Below, piece by piece: positions 1 through 10,501 of a stretch of 64,000 nt of DNA. This DNA is from Methanobacteriota archaeon (GTDB lineage Archaea > Halobacteriota > Bog-38 > Methanoflorentales > Methanoflorentaceae), in assembly GCA_963719035.1 (NCBI GenBank), contig CAVRAO010000008.1, positions 256,001 through 320,000 on the forward strand, read 5' to 3'. Made by a program: the position numbers and the translations under genes. A model generated the notes under the pieces. The model was given only the letters and a program-made list of their open reading frames with translations, searched no databases and was not told where the DNA came from. Within the stretch, counting starts at the first letter, position 1; each line of letters begins with the position of its first letter.

Positions 1-664
1 GAGTCAAGAAACAGGCAAACCACTCATATCCTTCGCGCTATGCGCTTTAGTAGCCGCGAATGTTATCGCACTTCCGCTCACTACCAACAGCTATCGCTTC
101 TTAGTTTATCTATGGCTTCCCGTAGCCATTTTTGCCAGTTATTATATAGCAACCGTTTTTGTAAAGGCGCCTCGTGAACATTTTTGGAAAAAAACTAAAG
201 CTCTCAAAATTCTTGCTATTTCAGCAGCGCTTTGCCTCGCACTTCCCACGTCGGTTATGTTATGGGAGTTCTACAACGGCGAAACGTATGTCTTCGCTTC
301 GTCTGACGAATTACAAGCAATGCAGTGGATTAGAGCAAACACACCCAAAGACGCAATCTTTCTCGAAGAACCCTCCACATTCCCTCGAATTCCATTTGAG
401 ACCGGAAGGCGGCTTGCTTTTGCAGGCGAGCTTTATGCAATTCAGTATAACGGAATCGACTTGCAGCAACAGATTAACGGGTTGATGAACGAGCGCAGTC
501 CAGAGATTTTAAGTCCCAACCTCAAACAAAACAACGTGTCCTACATTTTCGTAGGCTCGCATGAACAGCAGTATGAGATCGCGACGACAGTAAAAGATCC
601 AAACTACTTTGAGATTGTGTACTCAAATCCGTCGGTCATCATTTACAAATTGAAGGGCACCTAG
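1..664 (+). CDS. 5'-truncated multi-pass membrane protein with C-terminal soluble domain (GT-C/STT3-like architecture, unknown function)
   Basis: Frame is open from base 2 (hydrophobic TM segments) into ORF 257-664; C-terminus ELQAMQWIRANTPKDAIFL...EIVYSNPSVIIYKL resembles that of the 57900-60221 protein. Confidence 0.6.
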   Translation, partial: SQETGKPLISFALCALVAANVIALPLTTNSYRFLVYLWLPVAIFASYYIATVFVKAPREHFWKKTKALKILAISAALCLALPTSVMLWEFYNGETYVFASSDELQAMQWIRANTPKDAIFLEEPSTFPRIPFETGRRLAFAGELYAIQYNGIDLQQQINGLMNERSPEILSPNLKQNNVSYIFVGSHEQQYEIATTVKDPNYFEIVYSNPSVIIYKLKGT

Positions 665-699
665 CATGCGTCAGAAATAGCGAACAGTTTAGCTTTATT

Positions 700-1053
700 G
701 TGGCAAGGAGAACAAAAGTGAACATCGAGTTTTCAAGCATCTTACTCTTCATTCTAGGGCTGCTTTACTTGATTATGCTCCCTGGTTATCTGATTCTCGC
801 CGGCACAAAGATGCACAATTTTGACATTATTGAGACACTGACGGTGTCTTTCGGCATCGGCGTCGGAGTACTAACGACGATTTCGATCGTACTTAGTCTG
901 CCTGGGAGTTTAGGTCTGACGGCCTCAAATCTCGCGCTAGCCAACGCGGCAGTATTAGTTATTGTATTTGCCTGGTGGTACCTGAAATATAGGCGAAAAA
1001 AAGAGAGACACGAGGCTCAAGGACACGAGGATGACATAAATACAGAGAGGTAA
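700..1053 (+). CDS. DUF1616-like small membrane protein
   Basis: LPGY...E.L..SFGIG TM pattern; similar to 50451-50789. Confidence 0.55.
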   Translation: MARRTKVNIEFSSILLFILGLLYLIMLPGYLILAGTKMHNFDIIETLTVSFGIGVGVLTTISIVLSLPGSLGLTASNLALANAAVLVIVFAWWYLKYRRKKERHEAQGHEDDINTER

Positions 1054-1082
1054 ATAGAAACTACCGCAGCGTCAGCTCAACT

Positions 1083-1667
1083 ATGAAGCGCATTGAATTG
1101 TTTTTTGTTGGAAGAACAAACGCAGGTAAGTCTACCGTAATTAAGGAACTTTTCGGACTGAAAACGCGGATGGGAAAAAATCCTGGTGTCACTAACGTGC
1201 CTGTGCGGTATGAACTTGGAAATTTGATGATCACAGATTTGCCCGGGATCGGATTTCGGCGCGGGCTGATCAGTTTTCGGTCTATGCTGCGCGATATTAC
1301 CGAAAACACACATAAGAAACGTCAACAACCTCCATTAGCAGTGCAAATCATCGATGCGAAATCTTTCCTAAAAATAATTGAGCGGCATTCTAGACCGCTT
1401 GACATTGACCTTTTTGAATATTTGCTAGATCTCGAGATTGACCCTATTATTGCTATCAACAAGATGGATAAGATCGAAGCTCACGAAGCCAACTTAAACA
1501 AAATAGTATCACAACTTGGGATGCTCCCCCCATATAGGCAGTGGATCGATCGAGTTGTGCCTATAAGTGCCAAAAAACACGACGTCTCAGAGCTCCGATG
1601 GCTAATTAAGTACCGAATACAGCACCTAAGTGAAATCGACGAAACCACAACGGCGTTGATTAACTAG
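1083..1667 (+). CDS. engB: EngB/YihA-family GTP-binding protein
   Basis: GRTNAGKST P-loop, PGVT, DLPG, NKMD, ISAK motifs. Confidence 0.85.
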   Translation: MKRIELFFVGRTNAGKSTVIKELFGLKTRMGKNPGVTNVPVRYELGNLMITDLPGIGFRRGLISFRSMLRDITENTHKKRQQPPLAVQIIDAKSFLKIIERHSRPLDIDLFEYLLDLEIDPIIAINKMDKIEAHEANLNKIVSQLGMLPPYRQWIDRVVPISAKKHDVSELRWLIKYRIQHLSEIDETTTALIN

Positions 1668-1897
1668 ACATCAGCGACGAACCTACTATTCCCGGTCGAA
1701 TGATGGTAGCCTGCATGCAACACGATAATAGCTAAGGCGGCGAGTTCGGCCTACGTCTTTCACCTCATTTTGGCCCTTCAATCGCCGCACGAACAGCGTG
1801 GGCATGGCCTCTGCACGGTGAATCACAAGAGGTCGGAACACAAACAAACATATAAAGCCAATTGCCGTCACGCCATTTCTAAGCAACGTTTATTAGG

Positions 1898-3016
1898 TTG
1901 AAAGGGCTCTTGGCAAGCGTGGCACGCGCATTCACAGCTGCTTTCGATTTAGAAGGACCATTATCGCCGCAAGACAATGCGTATGAAGTAATGCATTTGA
2001 TCAAAGATGGACCATCTCTTTTTGAAATTTTAAGTAAGTATGATGATTATCTCGCTCTACAAAACACTCCGGATTACGAGCCCGGTGACACGCTAAAGCT
2101 GATCGTACCATTTTTGCTAGTTAATGGCATAACAGAAGTAGATATCGTAAAGGTTTCAAAGCGAGCAAAGCTGGTAAGCGGCGCCAAGGAGCTCATCAAG
2201 TGGTTGCAAGAGGATATGTGGAATGTTCACGTCATTTCAACAAGCTACGAACAACACGCTTACAACATCGCATCGCAGCTTGGCATTGAACGTAACAAAG
2301 TACACTGTACCCGTTTTCCATTGGATTTGTTTTATGACTTGCTGGACGAAACAGAAACAGAATTGATAAGCGAGATTCAAAACGAAATACTCTCGTTTTG
2401 TTCTTGCGACGGCTGTGACAATTTTGGGATTGAGAAACTGGCCACCCAGCTTAACCAGTTCTTCTTCGAAAAGATACCAAACACACGAATAAATGAAATT
2501 TTCAAAAGGGTTTCGGTAGTAGGTGGCAAACGTAAGGTTGACGCCCTAATGTCAGTGATCGGCAGCGCACATGCGAAACAAACTGCAGCAATCGGGGATA
2601 GTATAACTGACTACAAAATGCTTCAGCGGATTGGTAGCGCTGGGGGACTTTCCGTGGCATTCAATGGAAATATGTATTCGCTACCCCATGCCAATATTGG
2701 AATTGCGTGTGTTGATATCCGCCCCTTGTACCTTATCCTTACAAAGTTCCGAGCCGGTGGCGTCAACTCTGCTTTTGACATAGTTACCTTGTGGGAAGAT
2801 CAGTTTAGTGAATTTTTGCGCGACCCGCGCTTGATTCCAAAACACGCTACCACACCAGAGCTAGCGCGTTTTTTTGCCATCGCTCCCGATAAAACAGTCT
2901 TCCCACGTTTGAACGTTCTAACAAGCAAAACTGACGAGCAGTTGCAGCAAATAGCAGCAGTTCACGCCAAATTTCGTAGTCTTGTAAGGGGGCAAGACGC
3001 TGCCCTGCTTGGTTAG
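1898..3016 (+). CDS. HAD-superfamily protein, EhaR-like
   Basis: FDLEGPLSPQDNAYE N-terminus, ISTSY, GDSITD, AFNGN motifs; start uncertain. Confidence 0.65.
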   Translation: MKGLLASVARAFTAAFDLEGPLSPQDNAYEVMHLIKDGPSLFEILSKYDDYLALQNTPDYEPGDTLKLIVPFLLVNGITEVDIVKVSKRAKLVSGAKELIKWLQEDMWNVHVISTSYEQHAYNIASQLGIERNKVHCTRFPLDLFYDLLDETETELISEIQNEILSFCSCDGCDNFGIEKLATQLNQFFFEKIPNTRINEIFKRVSVVGGKRKVDALMSVIGSAHAKQTAAIGDSITDYKMLQRIGSAGGLSVAFNGNMYSLPHANIGIACVDIRPLYLILTKFRAGGVNSAFDIVTLWEDQFSEFLRDPRLIPKHATTPELARFFAIAPDKTVFPRLNVLTSKTDEQLQQIAAVHAKFRSLVRGQDAALLG

Positions 3017-3215
3017 CAACAAAGGTTTGAATCCAAGCGGTGTTTTGCCTGAGATTCTATACCAGTTTGATCGCAATAGATTTTCAGAGACTTGCAGCAG
3101 CTGGGGCGCACGATTGACCACGCGCTATAGAATTGTGTCGCTACTTGAAAAAATCGAACTCACAGTGCATGGTAGAGCGCAGGCAAACGCGCTAAATCAA
3201 ATAGAGCTTAGATCA

Positions 3216-3611
3216 CTATTCTTCAGGCTCTGTCGCTTTAAAAATCTCATCGAGTGGTTTAGCGCCGCTTTTCTCTACAACGAGATTTATCTGACCAGTT
3301 TCTGCCGAAATTACTCGACCTCGGATGCTTTTACGCCTTCTAATCCCCGCTCTCTTTGGATGATAGCCTACGCCGCCAGTTAACAGCAATCTCTTTCGAA
3401 CCGTCCCAGGAAGGTCTCGACGCATAGCGACGCCATCTTTATCGGAACCACCTGTTATGACGAGCGCGTAATCGTTGAGGCCAAGCACCTCACCCTGTAA
3501 CGAATCACCAATACCTAAACCAAATAGCTTGTTTGCTTGCGCCCCTGTAACTTCCATCTTAAACGCGCTCTTTTTGCTTGGATCAGAAATGATTAACCTA
3601 AAGTCTGCCAT
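3216..3611 (-). CDS. rps6e: 30S ribosomal protein S6e
   Basis: ITGGSDKDG motif, GIRRRKSIRG; ATG at 3611 with GAGGAG RBS. Confidence 0.95.
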   Translation of the reverse strand: MADFRLIISDPSKKSAFKMEVTGAQANKLFGLGIGDSLQGEVLGLNDYALVITGGSDKDGVAMRRDLPGTVRKRLLLTGGVGYHPKRAGIRRRKSIRGRVISAETGQINLVVEKSGAKPLDEIFKATEPEE

Positions 3612-3688
3612 TCGTATTACTCTCCTCTTTAGTGGTTCATCTATCCTCTGTTTTGATATCTTGCAGTGTGAAGATTTGACGGGTAGAT

Positions 3689-5431
3689 TCACTTAGCCCA
3701 AAAAGGGTTATCCCTGCGCTTGATCGTTAAAAACTCATCAAGCATCAATCTCTCGCCCTGACTAAGCGCATCGTAGAGTTCTTGCTCCATAACTTTTGCG
3801 TGCTTTTCTGGCACTTCAACGTAAAGTAAGTCCCCCTCATTTATTTGTCTTCCGACCGTTGGTCCGTCAATCGAGACCGCAACTTCTTTTCCTTCGCGTA
3901 TTTCGCTAACGTTTTCGCCTCTGTCTTGCATACCTTTTAGCGTTCCAACTCGGACTCCGTCTTCTCGCACTAAAGAGACCCCATTCCTAAGCGTTCCTCC
4001 GAGCACCTGAATTCCTACTATCGCAGGCTTACTTTGCCTGAAAACGAATCCAGGCAATATTTTGAATTTCCCAGGCCTTACGATAGTCTCGTAGCGTTTT
4101 TTTCCGTGCAATGTTTTTTGTTTTTCAAACCAAGTCTGATATTCTTCGATTAGCCCGTAGATCACGTCACTTACAAACACACTCACATCTGATTTCTCAG
4201 CTTCATCTTTAGCATCTGGCAAGACATCGACATTGAAGCCGAGAACAACTGCATATAATGGGTCACTTATTGTTTCTGCTTCGATGATGTCTCGTCGAGA
4301 GACTTCTCCCAACCCGGCTTTGCTGATCGGGACCTCAGCACGGCTTAGCTCTCCCACAAGCGCTTCCAAAGCGCCTATAGTATCTGCTTTGATTACAACT
4401 CCAACGTCTTGAGTGCTGATCGTTATCTCACGCATCTCTCTCTCGACATCTTCAAGTACTTTGTCGGTATCGTTTGCAGCGACTCTAATAGGTGACCCAG
4501 CAAGTGCATTTTCAATGCCTGGGGCGGCTATCTTAACTCCTGCAGCTGCGATCACTTTTTTAACCCGTTTGAAGCCCCCTGTCGGTTCGGGTTTTAACAA
4601 CGCCCTCACTTTTGTCTTGATTGGTTGCTCAAAAGCCCCAACCACAATCTGGTCCCCGGTCTTGAGAACGCCATCATATATTATGGCGTCAAGCGTTATG
4701 CCAAACCCTTTTTCTTCTTTAATTTCAATAACGGTACCTAGAGCCGGGCCGTTGGCGTGGAGCCGCAAATCCTTTTCGAGAAATCGTTGAGCAAGACCAA
4801 GCGAAACCATGAGCAGGTCCGGGATTCCTTCGCCTGTTCGTGCGCTTGTAGGGACGATACTTATATTTTGAGTAAAATCTCTTATTCTGTCATACCTATC
4901 CGAACTAAAGCCCGCATTGTAAAGGCCTTCTACAAGTGCGTAGATTCTGTCGTCAAGAAGGCGTTGAGTTCTCTCGCTCTGAAGCTTGAAGGTTTCAGTG
5001 AAAAGCATATTGTCGTAGGGTAGCCACCCGTGGATCCTATCAATTTTGTTGGCAGCGACGATGAAAGGAGTTTTATGCTGTTTTAAGATGTTGACGCTTT
5101 CTATGGTCTGCGGCTGAAAGCCTTCATTCAAATCGACGACTAGTATCGCGATGTCTGCTAAAGCGCCTCCACGAGCGCGCAGTGTCGTAAACGCATGATG
5201 ACCAGGCGTATCGATGAAAAGTAACCCAGGAACTCGAATGCCCTCTAAGAGTGACCCGCAAAGCTTTGATATAATGTCTAGCGGAACCTCAGTTGCACCT
5301 ATATGTTGAGTAATTAGCCCTGGTTCTTTTTCAGCAATGGTTGTGCCGCGAATCTTGTCTAGAATGGTGGTTTTCCCATGATCTACGTGACCGAGTACTG
5401 CTACAATAGGTGTCCTCAGATCATTTGGCAT
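3689..5431 (-). CDS. infB: Translation initiation factor aIF5B (IF-2)
   Basis: GHVDHGKT, ITQHIGA, DTPGH, NKID; C-terminal NPFWA. Confidence 0.97.
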   Translation of the reverse strand: MPNDLRTPIVAVLGHVDHGKTTILDKIRGTTIAEKEPGLITQHIGATEVPLDIISKLCGSLLEGIRVPGLLFIDTPGHHAFTTLRARGGALADIAILVVDLNEGFQPQTIESVNILKQHKTPFIVAANKIDRIHGWLPYDNMLFTETFKLQSERTQRLLDDRIYALVEGLYNAGFSSDRYDRIRDFTQNISIVPTSARTGEGIPDLLMVSLGLAQRFLEKDLRLHANGPALGTVIEIKEEKGFGITLDAIIYDGVLKTGDQIVVGAFEQPIKTKVRALLKPEPTGGFKRVKKVIAAAGVKIAAPGIENALAGSPIRVAANDTDKVLEDVEREMREITISTQDVGVVIKADTIGALEALVGELSRAEVPISKAGLGEVSRRDIIEAETISDPLYAVVLGFNVDVLPDAKDEAEKSDVSVFVSDVIYGLIEEYQTWFEKQKTLHGKKRYETIVRPGKFKILPGFVFRQSKPAIVGIQVLGGTLRNGVSLVREDGVRVGTLKGMQDRGENVSEIREGKEVAVSIDGPTVGRQINEGDLLYVEVPEKHAKVMEQELYDALSQGERLMLDEFLTIKRRDNPFWAK

Positions 5432-5549
5432 AAAAACCCCATCGTACATCGGCATCTGCGCTTAAATGTCTTCCGTTCAGGCTGCATTTTACGTAATAAA
5501 CCTTGTAACAACCTTTATGCTAGAGAACGGAGTATGTAGCCGCATTGTC

Positions 5550-5620
5550 GCGGTAGTGGTGTAGAGGCAGCACAAAGGCTTCCCAAGCCTTTAACCCGGG
5601 TTCGAGTCCCGGCTACCGCA
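5550..5620 (+). tRNA. tRNA-Gly(CCC)
   Basis: GCGGTAG/CTACCGC acceptor; AAGGC-TTCCCAA-GCCTT anticodon arm; GGTTCGAGTCC T-arm. Confidence 0.95.
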
Positions 5621-5795
5621 CTGTCTAAGCTAAGAACATAAAGTCGTTCCTACGTTACTTAGGTGCGCACTTTTGCAACAGCAGAGATATGTTGCTGTAG
5701 TTCTGTCAAAAAGGGCCTTATACAAATCGACGGGTCATCAAAAACGAGGAAAAATGAAGGGACTGCCTCAGTCAAAAGCGAAATAAGTGACGGAT

Positions 5796-6011
5796 TTAGC
5801 GTCTGTTTACTCGTTCAGTTGCGAGCTTTATATCATTCCCTAAGACCGTCTTTCGATCTGCGTACTTCGTAAGCTCAACGGCTTCTTTGGCAACGGCTGC
5901 ACCAAAGTCTTCCGCCCTCTCTGCCATTATTTTTACCGCCGTGCGATTAGCTCGTTCAGCTCCAGCAACCTTCATAATGCGCAAAACGACTGCCAGTGGT
6001 ATCTCTGCCAT
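5796..6011 (-). CDS. Archaeal histone (HMf family), divergent variant
   Basis: RIMKVAGAER and RKTV...DIKLA histone-fold motifs; 71 aa; GGAGAG RBS. Confidence 0.9.
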   Translation of the reverse strand: MAEIPLAVVLRIMKVAGAERANRTAVKIMAERAEDFGAAVAKEAVELTKYADRKTVLGNDIKLATERVNRR

Positions 6012-6355
6012 AATTACCGCTCTCTCCTAAGGCCGTCACACATAAAAAAGTTGTGATTAGCGTCTTACACACTTTGCTACAATTTGCCCGCAAACGCTTC
6101 AAACTGGAAAAATTAATAACTGGCGCTGCCCAACTATCGTGCGGGATTGTAGTGGAGAAGTGTTAAACAGCGAAAAACACAGCGGTGCCAATTGCCAGTG
6201 GCGGCGTTCTAAACTTGCGGCAGGGCGTTCAGCTGAACACGTAGGGCTTCGACAAGAACTCAGACAGAAAGAAAACAAAATACGTAAGAAAAGAGTCCCT
6301 TAGCTCTGAATATGCGCGTTATTTTCTAGGAAAAACAACGCTATCGATTACGAAA

Positions 6356-7864
6356 ATGTTAAAAATAGACGGCTTAAATGCGCTTACGTATGGGATACTT
6401 GACGCTGGCGTCGGAGTTGCTACAGGAGTTATAGGGTATCCTGTCACTGAAATCATCGACAATTTAAAACCTATTTGGATATTCACAGCTAATGAAAAGG
6501 TAGCGCTCGATTTGGCGTTAGGAGCCTCAGCATCAGGCACTTCATCTGTTTTTATAGCCAAACACGTTGGATTAAACGTGGCAGCAGACTCTTTGGTCAC
6601 AGCAGCAACCCACGGCGTTGGTGCCGGGCTGGTCATAATCGCAGGAGACGACCCCGGCGCTAAATTATCGCAAAATGAGCAGGATTCTAGATACTACGGA
6701 AAGTTAGCGGAGATCCCAGTATTCGAGCCACATAGCGCCAGAAATGCGTATGATTGTGCTTTATGGGCTTTTAAACTATCTGAACAACTCTCAGTGCCAG
6801 TAATAATGAGGGTGACAAGCAGGCTCTTGAACGTGGAGGGTTATGTTGAGCGCGTACCCGTTGAGTCGCTTCCCGTTGTAAGAATAGGAAAAGGCGTCTG
6901 GGACCTTACACTTTTAGGAAGGCATCAAAACCTTCTTAAAAACAAATATCCCAAGATGCTCGAGTTTGCTGAGACAACAGAACTAAATGAAGAAAACGGC
7001 ACAGGCGTTATCGGAATTATTTCCACGGGCTTTGCATCTACTGTGGTCGATGATGCAATCGACAGACGAAGTGATTTTGCGCACCTAAAACTTGGAATAG
7101 TCAACCCGTTATGTCAGCGGCGAGTTGATTCATTTCTAAAAGATCACGACCGCGTGCTAGTCATTGAAGAAGGTGCACCGCTCGTCGAGGAGTCGATCCG
7201 CGGTAAAGTCCTCGGCAAGCTCTCAGGACATCTGCCACGCTTTGGAGAACTCACGCTAGATGACGTCAATCGAGCGTTGAATTACGTTGATGCTGATTGC
7301 ATCTCCACACAATTTGACGTCGAAACACTCGAGAGCAGACACTACAAAGCAGAGATCTGTGAAGACTGCCCCTTTTTGCCGTTCTATCACGCTCTTGCCA
7401 AAGTCGACGAGATGATTGCCGGAGATCTGGGCTGTATCATAAGGTCGGCAAGTCCGCCATTAAACGTTATCGACGTGGCTTATTCTCTCGGCTCAGCAAT
7501 TGGAGTGGCTTCTGGATTTGAACATGGTGGCATAGCAGTGTTAGGAGATTTCGCGTTCTTACACAGTGGCGTTGTCGCGTTAATAAGCGCGCTAGTCTTT
7601 AAGCGCAGCGTCAAGGTATTTGTGCTCGAAAATCGAATTTCAGCTATAACAGGGGGACAGCAAACACCTGTGGTCTCCGACTTGGTCGGCGCACTATGTA
7701 GAAACTACGGAGCCAGCTATAAAATAGTGAATGCAATAGAGATGGGCGAAAAATCGTTCGAGGACCTCCTGCGAGCAACGAAGAACTCTACAGGAGCCCT
7801 AGTTGTCGTTGTCAGGGCCTCATGCCCCAAATACAGCAAGCCTCCTCGAAATGCCGAAGCTTAG
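6356..7864 (+). CDS. IorA-like ThDP-dependent 2-oxoacid enzyme lacking the C-terminal ferredoxin domain
   Basis: NEKVA, KHVGLNVAAD, GDDPG..SQNEQDSR, CEDCP, GDLGC, GDFAFLHSG, ENRISAITGGQ. Confidence 0.85.
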   Translation: MLKIDGLNALTYGILDAGVGVATGVIGYPVTEIIDNLKPIWIFTANEKVALDLALGASASGTSSVFIAKHVGLNVAADSLVTAATHGVGAGLVIIAGDDPGAKLSQNEQDSRYYGKLAEIPVFEPHSARNAYDCALWAFKLSEQLSVPVIMRVTSRLLNVEGYVERVPVESLPVVRIGKGVWDLTLLGRHQNLLKNKYPKMLEFAETTELNEENGTGVIGIISTGFASTVVDDAIDRRSDFAHLKLGIVNPLCQRRVDSFLKDHDRVLVIEEGAPLVEESIRGKVLGKLSGHLPRFGELTLDDVNRALNYVDADCISTQFDVETLESRHYKAEICEDCPFLPFYHALAKVDEMIAGDLGCIIRSASPPLNVIDVAYSLGSAIGVASGFEHGGIAVLGDFAFLHSGVVALISALVFKRSVKVFVLENRISAITGGQQTPVVSDLVGALCRNYGASYKIVNAIEMGEKSFEDLLRATKNSTGALVVVVRASCPKYSKPPRNAEA

Positions 7865-9022
7865 TCAGGTGTACATCACACCTCGAACGATGTCCTCGAG
7901 CTCCTCCTGAGAGACCGATTTCTTTGTTTCACAAACGCGTTTTACATCGTCAAGAATTTGGCACAGCTCAGCGCGGGTCGGTCTATAGCCTAGCTGTGCG
8001 ATCACGTACTGGAGTGCTTTTTTTCCTGTATGCTTGCCGATGACGATTCGTCTCTTGTTGCCTACTAAGTCAGGTGAGAACAGTTCGTACGTCTCTGGCT
8101 CCTCTAGCACTGCAGCAACGTGTATACCCGACTCGTGTGAAAACGCATTCAAACCTACTACCGGCTTATTTTTCGGCAGGCGAAAGCGTGAGTGATATTC
8201 GACTATTTTCGACAAATCCATCAGTTTTGTGAGGTCGTACGAGTCAACGCCAAACTGGACACGCAGCGCCACAAGCAACTCCTCGAGCGGAGTGTTTCCA
8301 ACTCGCTCCCCTATTCCGTTGACAGTTGTGTGCAACTGAAACACCCCAGCTTCTGCTGCGGTGATAGTGTTGGCGACAGCCATGCCGAGGTCGTTGTGAC
8401 AATGAATACAAAACGGTATATCGACGACCTTTTTCATTTCAGTTACTAGGTCGTAGCACGATGCCGGCCTGAGGGCGCCAACCGTGTCTGCGATGCTGAC
8501 GTAGTCGGCCCCGTGGTCTTCACCCTGTTTAAAAAAACGCTTAAGTACCTCTGGATTGGTTCTAGTCGCGTCTTCTGCCGCAAATCGCACTATTAAGCCA
8601 TGTTCTTTTGCATACTCTAGCGTCGAAAGGGCACACTCCAACATCTCATCAAATGTGCGATGATACTTGTGTTTGAGATGCAGAGCGGAAGTGGCCATGA
8701 AAAGCCCCACAACGTCCACATCGCAGTCCAACGCTTCATCTATGTCGTGAAAAATCGCTCTCGAAAGACAGCATACCTTAGTGTTTAACCCCAAATTCGC
8801 AATTTTTTTTACCATCGCCTTTTCTTTTGAAGAAACTGCGGGAAATCCAGCTTCGATGATCTCGACCCCAATCGAGTCCAGCTTCGTGGCGATCTCAACT
8901 TTTTCTTCCATACCAAAAACGACGCCAGGCGCTTGTTCGCCGTCACGCAGTGTAACGTCACAAATTTCAATGTTGTGAATACCAGTTCTCGGCAATGTAA
9001 AAGGCGATTCAAAGTTACCCAT
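7865..9022 (-). CDS. aksA: Homocitrate synthase family (AksA-type)
   Basis: DVTLRDGEQAPG, HCHNDLG, GIGERVGN, HESGIH; no LeuA/CimA regulatory domain. Confidence 0.8.
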   Translation of the reverse strand: MGNFESPFTLPRTGIHNIEICDVTLRDGEQAPGVVFGMEEKVEIATKLDSIGVEIIEAGFPAVSSKEKAMVKKIANLGLNTKVCCLSRAIFHDIDEALDCDVDVVGLFMATSALHLKHKYHRTFDEMLECALSTLEYAKEHGLIVRFAAEDATRTNPEVLKRFFKQGEDHGADYVSIADTVGALRPASCYDLVTEMKKVVDIPFCIHCHNDLGMAVANTITAAEAGVFQLHTTVNGIGERVGNTPLEELLVALRVQFGVDSYDLTKLMDLSKIVEYHSRFRLPKNKPVVGLNAFSHESGIHVAAVLEEPETYELFSPDLVGNKRRIVIGKHTGKKALQYVIAQLGYRPTRAELCQILDDVKRVCETKKSVSQEELEDIVRGVMYT

Positions 9023-9213
9023 AGTCAACCTGAATGACTTCGATAAGCACACTCACAGTCTGCACTTAAATAGATTACTTGCCCGACTTGTGGAGTTTGG
9101 AGGCTTGAGTTAACGTCAAGATCAGCTTATTATGCACAAACCAAGCGGGCATAGTTTAGAAGATCCATAAATTGATAATATCGAGAGCGGCAAATAGTAC
9201 TGGTGAATAAATC

Positions 9214-10467
9214 TTGGATACTCAAAGAACTATTAGCGAGAAGATACTGTCTAACGCTTCGGGAAAACCAGCGAGAGCTAATGACTTTGTTTTAGCGCAG
9301 GTTCACGCAGCAATGGCTCACGATGGTACCAGCGTACTCGGAGTGCGAGCATTTGAAGCGATGGGCGCGGATTCTGTTTGGGACCCAAATAAGATCGCTA
9401 TAGTCTTTGATCATATTGCCCCGGCCAGCACGGAGGCAGCAGCAACCCTTCAGCATACGATCCGCGCGTGGACAAAACGTCAGGAAATTACTCACTTCTT
9501 CGATGTTGGCGAGGGAATATGCCATCAGCTCATGGTCGAGCACGGCCTTGCCCTGCCAGGCACCGTAGTCGTTGGGGCGGATTCACACTCGTGCACGTAC
9601 GGAGCTCTGGGAGCCTTCGCGACAGGCGTCGGTGCAACAGACATTGCCGAGGTTTTTGCAACGGGAACGTTGTGGTTCAAAGTGCCTGAAACGCTCAAGA
9701 TTGTCATTAATGGAAAACTCCGCGCTTATGTTGGCGCAAAAGATGTCATTCTCAAAATCGCAGGAATGATTGGTGCCGACGGTGCGTCGTATAAAGCACT
9801 CGAGTTCTACGGTTCGACGATCGCTGACATATCGATGGACGGGCGGCTCTCAATTAGCAACATGGCAATCGAAGTTGGGGCGAAAGTGGGAATCATCCCG
9901 CCAGATCGAAAAACCATTGAGTACCTCGACCGAATTCAACCTCCTTTGAGTTTTACGCCGTGCTATGCTGATGAGGGCGCTGCTTACACAGATGAGCTCT
10001 ACTTTACAATTGATGATTTGGGACCTCAGGTCGCGTGTCCTCACGAAGTGGATAACGTGAAAGACGTAGAAGATGTAGCGGGAACGCCGATCGACCAGGT
10101 CTTCATCGGTTCGTGTACGAACGGACGTTTTGAAGATCTAAAAGAGGGCGCAACCATACTACGCGGCGAGACGGTCGCCGTGCGAACGATCATCGTTCCA
10201 GCGTCGAAGCACGTTTTGCTAACTTGCATACGGACTGGTGTCTTAGAGACATTGATCGAAGCTGGTGCCACTATTTGTAGTCCAGGATGTGGACCGTGTC
10301 TCGGTGCGCAAAACGGCGTTTTGGGACACGGAGAAGCTTGTCTCTCAACTTCCAACAGAAACTTCAAGGGCAGAATGGGTGTAGATGGGCTAATCTACCT
10401 TGCGTCCCCGGCAACAGCCGCAGCAACAGCACTCGCGGGCGAAATCGCTGACCCACGACAGCGCTAG
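9214..10467 (+). CDS. aksD: Homoaconitase/3-isopropylmalate dehydratase large subunit
   Basis: [38 protein letters not shown]. Confidence 0.8.
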   Translation: MDTQRTISEKILSNASGKPARANDFVLAQVHAAMAHDGTSVLGVRAFEAMGADSVWDPNKIAIVFDHIAPASTEAAATLQHTIRAWTKRQEITHFFDVGEGICHQLMVEHGLALPGTVVVGADSHSCTYGALGAFATGVGATDIAEVFATGTLWFKVPETLKIVINGKLRAYVGAKDVILKIAGMIGADGASYKALEFYGSTIADISMDGRLSISNMAIEVGAKVGIIPPDRKTIEYLDRIQPPLSFTPCYADEGAAYTDELYFTIDDLGPQVACPHEVDNVKDVEDVAGTPIDQVFIGSCTNGRFEDLKEGATILRGETVAVRTIIVPASKHVLLTCIRTGVLETLIEAGATICSPGCGPCLGAQNGVLGHGEACLSTSNRNFKGRMGVDGLIYLASPATAAATALAGEIADPRQR

Positions 10468-10501
10468 ATCTTGTCGAGTACTATCTCATAATCCTAACTT
10501 T

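Noticed and set aside
6160-6303. ~47-codon basic ORF upstream of the IorA-like gene
   Set aside because: No well-spaced RBS or recognisable homology.
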